Made by a program: the position numbers and the translations under genes
The notes under the pieces: model-generated
Database searches by the model: none
What the model saw: only the letters and a program-made list of their open reading frames with translations
What the model was told of the DNA's origin: nothing
Part shown: positions 58,129 to 64,000 of the stretch, in pieces
Position numbering within the stretch: position 1 is the stretch's first letter
Layout: each line of letters begins with the position of its first letter
IMG/VR virus record: IMGVR_UViG_3300047322_001237
Span: 186,001 to 250,000 of that record
DNA length: 64,000 bases
Strand: one strand, 5' to 3'

Positions 58129-58744
58129 ACTCGGGCTCGTCTCCCTGTGTCGATGCCGGTCCCGTCGCTTGCGCGGGAGCAGCGGCCGCTGCTTGTTCCG
58201 CCGCGAAAAGAGGAGGGCGACCGTACCGCGTCAGGATCTCGTTCCACACCACAGCATGTTTGTGGAGCTTGTCGCTCGTGTTCATGATCGACGCGCGCTG
58301 ACCCAAAACGTTGCGCAAATAATTCACACCCGCCATTGGGTGCAGATGCGAGTACTGATCCGCCAGCTTCACGACATCCTGAATCGGCGTTTGCCGCCGG
58401 TCCGCTGGATCGCGGACCGGGTTCACCCCCTGGTAGTCAAACAGGGGAGGTACCCGGAACAGCACTTTGTCGGTGCCCGGTTCGAACACGTCGACGGATT
58501 TGTACGGTGTGCCGGCAATCGAGATCCAGTCAGCAACCGTGACCTTGTGCGGAAGTTCCTCGTCGCCGGCGAGGAGGGGCAGGAAGACTTTCGAGAAGAT
58601 GTCTTCCGGCAGACGCGCAACATCTTGCGATGCGATGACGTTGAGGCTGGCCGCGATCGTGTTGATGAAGTTCGCCTGGCCCTCGTCACGACCGTACGTC
58701 GCGCGAGCGCGCGCTGCCTGAAACTTGTTCGCGGGCTGGTTCAT
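58115..58744 (-). CDS. Conserved jumbo-phage hypothetical protein
   Basis: 209 aa, GGAG RBS, overlaps sbcD-like start. Confidence 0.65.
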   Translation of the reverse strand: MNQPANKFQAARARATYGRDEGQANFINTIAASLNVIASQDVARLPEDIFSKVFLPLLAGDEELPHKVTVADWISIAGTPYKSVDVFEPGTDKVLFRVPPLFDYQGVNPVRDPADRRQTPIQDVVKLADQYSHLHPMAGVNYLRNVLGQRASIMNTSDKLHKHAVVWNEILTRYGRPPLFAAEQAAAAAPAQATGPASTQGDEPEYEDF

Positions 58745-58755
58745 GCGCGGACTCC

Positions 58756-59358
58756 TTAGTCAGCTGCGGGCGTCGGACCGTCAGAGATACCGGCCGCTTT
58801 GGGTTGCGACTTGGCGTAGCCGTTAGGATCTTCGAAAGCCTCGACGACGTTCGGCCTGAGAACGGTGAAGTACAGGAACTGCATGTTGCGCAACTGCAGC
58901 GCATGAGCTTGTCGCTTGAGCTCGGCTGCGATGGCAGGCGACGGCGTCTGCGGGATGTTCTCGTACGCGAAGCGGCCGCGTTCCTGATAACAGAAGAGCT
59001 TGAAGTCGACGACAGCAACATCGTCGGGCTGCTGACCCATCATGGCGTCGTCGCCGTTCTCGAAGATCGGCGTGTAGACGATCACGAAGCAGTTATCTAC
59101 CGCAATCGGGAACACCGTCTGAACGATGATCGAGCCGTCCTGCATCAGGTGCGGCTTGGTCAGCACTTCACTGGGTTTCAGTGCATGCGGCAGCTTGCGA
59201 AAGTCGAGGTACTCGTGTTGTTCGAAGTGGACGACGTCGAGGATCGACTTGTTGATTCGGCGGAACAGGCTTTCGAGCCATGCCGGTGCTTGGTTCGGGG
59301 TGGGCACCTCTTCGAACGCGGGACCCGGGGACGTGATGGGTTTGATGTCGGAGATCAT
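58756..59358 (-). CDS. Hypothetical protein
   Basis: 200 aa, ATGA coupling with upstream gene. Confidence 0.6.
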   Translation of the reverse strand: MISDIKPITSPGPAFEEVPTPNQAPAWLESLFRRINKSILDVVHFEQHEYLDFRKLPHALKPSEVLTKPHLMQDGSIIVQTVFPIAVDNCFVIVYTPIFENGDDAMMGQQPDDVAVVDFKLFCYQERGRFAYENIPQTPSPAIAAELKRQAHALQLRNMQFLYFTVLRPNVVEAFEDPNGYAKSQPKAAGISDGPTPAAD

Positions 59359-59789
59359 GATGCTTGTTGGATGACGTTGGCTGCTACCGACTGTCCGGTG
59401 TTGTTCAAATTTACGGCTTTGATGAACTTGGAATTACTTGCCTGGATGAGTCCCGAATACGGGTACGTCACGCCGTCCTCAGTGACCTGCGCGTAAACCA
59501 TCAAAGTCACGAGGCTCGTACCGTCGCTGTTGTCGCTTGCCACCTGAACGGTCGCGGCGTCGTAATAGCGATTGAGGTACGTTTCCATCGCGACCTGAAT
59601 GGCCTGACAGGTTCCCGGGATGTCACCAGCGTTCTGCTCAATCACTTTCTGAATGCTGGTGATGTTCCCTGGGTACGTGTACGTCTGGTTGCTCATCGAC
59701 TCGTAGATGTGCGCCATCAACAAGTCGGCTTTCTGCTGCGGCGAAACAACCCAACCTGCAGTAGAAAGAGACGGCACGGGAGTTGGCAT
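59355..59789 (-). CDS. Conserved jumbo-phage small protein (possibly gp25-like fold)
   Basis: 144 aa; fold guess from alpha/beta pattern only. Confidence 0.55.
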   Translation of the reverse strand: MPTPVPSLSTAGWVVSPQQKADLLMAHIYESMSNQTYTYPGNITSIQKVIEQNAGDIPGTCQAIQVAMETYLNRYYDAATVQVASDNSDGTSLVTLMVYAQVTEDGVTYPYSGLIQASNSKFIKAVNLNNTGQSVAANVIQQAS

Positions 59790-59910
59790 GATTGGGGCTC
59801 ACAGTATCAAAGGAAGACATAAAATCTGCCCATCGATACCGTCGACCAAGCAAAAAATAAAGGAGTACGAAGGCACGCCCGGAAGACTTTCATCTCCCGG
59901 ACTTACCTTC

Positions 59911-60531
59911 TTACAGCCTTTCGTTCCACTTCGAAGTCGGATCGTCCTGACCAATCTCGACATACGCGCGGATCACGTCGTGAGTGTTGAGGATGTCTGC
60001 CTTCTCCTCGAACTCCAGCTCGCGATCGCCTTCGTGAATCTCGTCAAGATAGTGATGAACGACCCAGCCACCGTCTTCCGTATCCTCCACCACGCCGTGA
60101 TGAATCCTGCGCCAATCGTAATGCTCCACACCACGACGACCCGGCTCGACGTCGAAGTACGTCTGCGAGTAACCATCGCATCGCTGCTGGTGATAGAGCG
60201 TACGCACATCTTCCTGCGCCATAATCCAGCGCTGCATCGTGAGCGGGGCATGCTGCAACCGACCCAGATCCCAGATGCTCTGGATCCTGTCGCTCATGAA
60301 CAAGCTATCGAACTTACGCGTCGCTGCTCGCGCAATCCGCATTGCTTCCGAACTGTTGAAGCTGTCGTACAGATGCTTCGCCGAGTTGAAGAACGCCTGA
60401 CCGAACTCCGTCAACGCTCCGCTGAACTGCTGCACCTGGTTCTCCAGAAACGCGAGGGTGCCCGGATGCTTCTGGGCGCCATACACGAGACTGTTGAACG
60501 TCTGGGTATTACCCTGAACGATCATTACCAT
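59911..60531 (-). CDS. Conserved jumbo-phage hypothetical protein
   Basis: 206 aa directly after nvRNAP beta'-N; GAGG RBS. Confidence 0.65.
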   Translation of the reverse strand: MVMIVQGNTQTFNSLVYGAQKHPGTLAFLENQVQQFSGALTEFGQAFFNSAKHLYDSFNSSEAMRIARAATRKFDSLFMSDRIQSIWDLGRLQHAPLTMQRWIMAQEDVRTLYHQQRCDGYSQTYFDVEPGRRGVEHYDWRRIHHGVVEDTEDGGWVVHHYLDEIHEGDRELEFEEKADILNTHDVIRAYVEIGQDDPTSKWNERL

Positions 60532-60544
60532 TTCTCACCTCGCG

Positions 60545-62074
60545 TTAATGAATAGCCGGAACCGGTTCCGCAGCCGGCGGCGCTTCGGGAATCGCTGCCA
60601 TGCGACGCAGAACTTCCGGATCGGCTTGTTCCGGTTCGTCCCAGTGAATCCAGTTGCTGATCGTCGCGATCACGGTCTTGGGCATCGACAGATTGCGCGA
60701 CACGGTACGCGGTGCGTTCATGTCGAACACGCTCTGATGCGGTGCCAGTCGATACAGCTCTTCGGCCGTCACGAAGTCGAGCGACAACGTTGCGTTGAGC
60801 TGGTCGCCGTCGAAGTCCGCGTTGAAGCCGACCACCGACAGAATGCTCATCGAGATCGTCGGGATCGCCGGTTCGCTCTTCACCTTCGTGATGAACATGG
60901 CCTGCGCCGATGAACGCGCCAGCGACGGATTGCGTTGCAGCACGATCGGGACGCCCTTGTACGGGGAACGCTCGATGAAGTCGTGGAACATCTGGTCGAG
61001 CATCGGACAGTACTTCGCCGCGTGGTCGAGCAGGTACGCATCCGCTTCCGACGGCGTCATGCCTTGACGCATCATGCGGTTCTTCAGATGCAACTCGAAC
61101 ACGGCAATGCCGATGCCCCACGGGATGTGAACTTCGTCGTAGTCGTGGCGATCCGTGAGCGAACTGATCACCGCACGGAAGCTGAAATGTGCCCGCGTAC
61201 CATAGACGTGCTTGCGGAAGATGCCTTCCTTCTTCGCCAGCACCGTGCGCATCGTCTCGTCGTAATACTGCGACGTCTGGATGATCATCTTGATCGTGCG
61301 GTTCTCTTTCACTCGTTCGGAGTGGACGGAGAGCGGCGCGTCAATGCCGACCATCATCAGAATCGCGTCCACAGCAACAGGAGCGGTCGCGTCCGTGTAC
61401 GAGCCGTGATTCGTGTCTTCCAACACGAGCAGTGAACGGTTCGGCAGCGGCAGGTATTTCGAGAAGACGCAATCGCGCTGTTCTTGCAGCAGCTGCTTGA
61501 GCGGAGCGAGCTTCTTCTTGCTGTAGAACTTCAGATTGAACATGAAGTCCATGATCTGATCGAAGTTCTCGACGAAGTTGTTGTAGCCGCGCGGGATGTT
61601 CGCCTTGCGGATGTAGTCCATCACAGGCGGCTCTTTCACGGTCGCCTTGTAATTGACGTCGACGATCCAGCGCATCACGTCGAAGTTGCTCTTCTCGAAG
61701 CGCTCCGCGATCATCGTCCAGACCGTCGGATTGATCAGGGCCGTGACACCCTTCGGTGCGCGCAGCCAAATCAGCGGTTCGAGATCGCGCTGATGCGGTG
61801 CCGTCACTTCGGTGTGGCAGTCCGGGCATTCCACGGCCTTGATGTACTTCCCGTCACCGAGCTTATCGACGCCGACCGTGTTGCCGCAGTCACACGAGGG
61901 GATGTTCGAGAGCAGATCCGAGTTGATCAGATCGTACTTCGTGAAAATCAGGTTGTAGATGTGTTCTTTTTCCTCTTCGGAAGTATCCGAGAGGTCGTTG
62001 ATGATGATCGGTTCCTTGGACGAGAAGTGATTGAACACTTCGTCTTGGTTCACGAGTTGGAGGAATACGCCCAC
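60545..62074 (-). CDS. Non-virion RNAP beta' subunit, N-terminal catalytic part (phiKZ gp55-like)
   Basis: CDCG...CPDC Zn finger, RKHVYGTR...RAVI, QRNPSL, catalytic NADFDGD; AAGGAG RBS plus GTG. Confidence 0.95.
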   Translation of the reverse strand: MGVFLQLVNQDEVFNHFSSKEPIIINDLSDTSEEEKEHIYNLIFTKYDLINSDLLSNIPSCDCGNTVGVDKLGDGKYIKAVECPDCHTEVTAPHQRDLEPLIWLRAPKGVTALINPTVWTMIAERFEKSNFDVMRWIVDVNYKATVKEPPVMDYIRKANIPRGYNNFVENFDQIMDFMFNLKFYSKKKLAPLKQLLQEQRDCVFSKYLPLPNRSLLVLEDTNHGSYTDATAPVAVDAILMMVGIDAPLSVHSERVKENRTIKMIIQTSQYYDETMRTVLAKKEGIFRKHVYGTRAHFSFRAVISSLTDRHDYDEVHIPWGIGIAVFELHLKNRMMRQGMTPSEADAYLLDHAAKYCPMLDQMFHDFIERSPYKGVPIVLQRNPSLARSSAQAMFITKVKSEPAIPTISMSILSVVGFNADFDGDQLNATLSLDFVTAEELYRLAPHQSVFDMNAPRTVSRNLSMPKTVIATISNWIHWDEPEQADPEVLRRMAAIPEAPPAAEPVPAIH

Positions 62075-62181
62075 CGTGTTCTCCTTGCTTGGTGCAACTG
62101 CTTGATTGGGGATCGTGTTGCTACGTTGCTGCTTACGATTGCTGGGGGAAATAAAATTCGCCTTGCAATCTATTCACGGTA

Positions 62182-62189
62182 GTGATATA
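62182..62189 (-). promoter_or_regulatory. Candidate phage early promoter TATATCAC
   Basis: YATATSAC-N5-YGA family upstream of the nvRNAP gene. Confidence 0.6.
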
Positions 62190-62238
62190 TCGCCAAGTTT
62201 CGTTTCAACCGTCTGGAAACCGGCGTCATCTGCGATGC

Positions 62239-62373
62239 TTAAGGCTGCACCGACTTCTCCTCCTCAGGCGTCTCATCGAGGAGCGCGACGTTCGAGGAGG
62301 TGCCGCGAAGGAGCCAAGCAATCGTGATTGCCAACACCAACCAACCTGCACCAAACAACATCCAAGCGTTCAT
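62239..62373 (-). CDS. Small membrane protein (44 aa)
   Basis: Below ORF-track cutoff; MNAWMLFGAGWLVLAITIAWLL TM plus acidic tail; AAGAG RBS. Confidence 0.55.
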   Translation of the reverse strand: MNAWMLFGAGWLVLAITIAWLLRGTSSNVALLDETPEEEKSVQP

Positions 62374-62512
62374 CTTGTTTCTCTTATTGCTCGCGGTGGT
62401 CTATCCGCGTTGCATGAACCAAAAAAAAAATACGGCATAAAGAGAGGGGAGAGGGCTTTCGCCCCCTCCGCTCAAACTGCACCTCGCATGAGCGAGGCGC
62501 AGGCACTACTGC

Positions 62513-64000
62513 TTACTGGTTGGACCAGCGGCTGAAGCCAGCGCGGGCGCCGTACTGCTGTTGTTGCGGGTGCGCGAAGCCGCGGTTGAACACCGAGCCG
62601 TTCATCGAGCCCGTATCCAGACCAGCCGACACTGCGTACGGGTTCACCGCGCGCTCGTACTGGTTCAGATCCGTCATCGGGGCGATGGTGCGCACCGACA
62701 GACCCGTGTCCTTGCATGCGTTCAGCAGCGCGACGATGAACGCCGGCTCGAAAGTCACGCGGCGTGCGAAGCCGGTGAACTCGACGTTGTTCTTGCCGAG
62801 GATGCCTTCGATGATGTGCTTGCGCTTCGCCAGACGAACTTGCAGGTCCAGGTTCGTGCGTGCGAACGTATCCGACCATTCGCGTGCAACTTCCGGATCG
62901 CGATCGCCGACCATGTTGAGCACGGCCAGGTAGTCGATCTCGCGGAGGTCGCGCTTCACGCCGTGACGGTCGACGTACCAACCCAGGTGGATGCGGTTGA
63001 ATTCGTCGGACGCCACGCGGCCGCCGGCCTGGAAGTAACGGCTGAAGTTGCCGTGCGTGAGCACGTTCGCCGCGCGGATGATGATTTCATTCGCTTTCTG
63101 CCAGTTGTTGCCGCTCAGCTCAGCAGCTGCTGCGAAGATGCCGTTGAACCAGGTCTGCGGACCGCACTCGGGCACGTCCAGCGAGAGGATGAGCTTCGGC
63201 GTGATGACCGAGCCAACCAGACGCAGGAGGTGGTCGCTCGTCTGACCTTGACCGCGCTGGAACGCATCCGACTTCGTGTCGACGCGCGAGCCGAAGCCGT
63301 TCGGGTTCTTCTCGAAGTTCGCTTCGATGCCGATGGCGCCGATGTCCTTCCAGTCGATTTCCGCGCTGTTGCTCATCGGTGCCGGACGGAATGCCTCGAC
63401 CCATGCGTGGTTGTCGGCCAGCGTGAACGCCGTCACGAGCGCCAGCAGCTGCGCCGGAATCGTGAGCAGCTTGACCGACTCGAGATCGGTCATCACGAAA
63501 CGCGGACGGTAGCGCTTGAACTCGTCCGGCGACGACGGCTGAGCCGTCTGCTGGACCCACGGGTCGAAGCGTTGCGTCTGCTGTTCGGTCGGCGCCCACA
63601 CGAGGTCCATGTAGCCGCTGATGCGCGAGATCTGCGACACACGCTGGGTCACGCCTTGCTGGCCCGGGATTTCCTGCCCGCCTGCGCGGAAGTCGATGAC
63701 GATGTCCGAACGGATCGGTGCGCCGACCATGTCACGCGACTGGCCGTTGCCGAACGTCGGCTGAACGGTCAGCGAGTTCTCTTGCTCGACGGTGCCCAGG
63801 TCCAGGTCCTGGAAGCCGCCCGGCTGACGCACTTCGAGTTCGGTCTGGCACGCCGTTGCAGCGTTCGCTGCCAGCTCGTGAACCAGCGTCACGTCGTCGA
63901 CGTTGAAGTCACGCGGCACCACGCATGCGTCCACCGGCCAAATCGGCATGCCCGGGAACGTGCGCGACACGGCGGCGAGCACTTCGTCCGACAGCGTCTT
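62513..64000 (-). CDS. chmA: Chimallin, major nuclear shell protein (partial, N-terminus beyond right edge)
   Basis: RSDIV...ISGYMDLV...DIGAIG...SLDVPECGP...NRIHLGWYVD..G.KRDLREIDYLAVLN...RRVTFEPAFI; directly upstream of nvRNAP beta'-N as in phiKZ. Confidence 0.88.
   Translation of the reverse strand, partial: KTLSDEVLAAVSRTFPGMPIWPVDACVVPRDFNVDDVTLVHELAANAATACQTELEVRQPGGFQDLDLGTVEQENSLTVQPTFGNGQSRDMVGAPIRSDIVIDFRAGGQEIPGQQGVTQRVSQISRISGYMDLVWAPTEQQTQRFDPWVQQTAQPSSPDEFKRYRPRFVMTDLESVKLLTIPAQLLALVTAFTLADNHAWVEAFRPAPMSNSAEIDWKDIGAIGIEANFEKNPNGFGSRVDTKSDAFQRGQGQTSDHLLRLVGSVITPKLILSLDVPECGPQTWFNGIFAAAAELSGNNWQKANEIIIRAANVLTHGNFSRYFQAGGRVASDEFNRIHLGWYVDRHGVKRDLREIDYLAVLNMVGDRDPEVAREWSDTFARTNLDLQVRLAKRKHIIEGILGKNNVEFTGFARRVTFEPAFIVALLNACKDTGLSVRTIAPMTDLNQYERAVNPYAVSAGLDTGSMNGSVFNRGFAHPQQQQYGARAGFSRWSNQ

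Larger units (their letters stand above)
1..64000. mobile_element. Segment of a phiKZ-like nucleus-forming jumbo phage genome (Chimalliviridae), probably phage-plasmid
   Basis: Chimallin, four nvRNAP subunits, one vRNAP subunit, split PolB half, SF2 helicase and AxE/SxE-processed head proteins in phiKZ-like order; no host housekeeping genes. Confidence 0.95.

Noticed and set aside
1-64000. tRNA or rRNA genes
   Set aside because: No cloverleaf or rRNA-like sequence recognised; a tRNAscan run would confirm

Overview
The whole window is an internal 64-kb segment of a GC-rich, phiKZ-like nucleus-forming jumbo phage (Chimalliviridae), most likely of a Burkholderiaceae host. Conserved phage core blocks run collinearly. 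From right to left: chimallin (nuclear shell protein, cut by the right edge), non-virion RNAP beta'-N, SbcD-like nuclease, an SSB-like protein, the gp68-like nvRNAP subunit, gp69 (PicA)/gp70-like proteins, nvRNAP beta-C and beta'-C, an SF2 helicase, a virion RNAP beta' subunit, a DUF3380 endolysin, the N-terminal half of the split family-B DNA polymerase, and a block of protease-processed head/ejection and virion proteins. Nested in the variable slot next to the helicase, and flanked on both sides by phage-type promoters and terminators, is an ~8-kb host-type island. It carries H-NS, a DNA ligase, LexA-boxed imuA and an apparently complete Burkholderia-type parA-parB-rep replicon with a candidate counter-transcribed RNA and an intragenic origin palindrome. 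The main hypothesis is a temperate, plasmid-prophage (phage-plasmid) nucleus-forming jumbo phage. Family assignments come from recognised motifs, gene order and size, not from database searches, and phiKZ gp numbers are positional.
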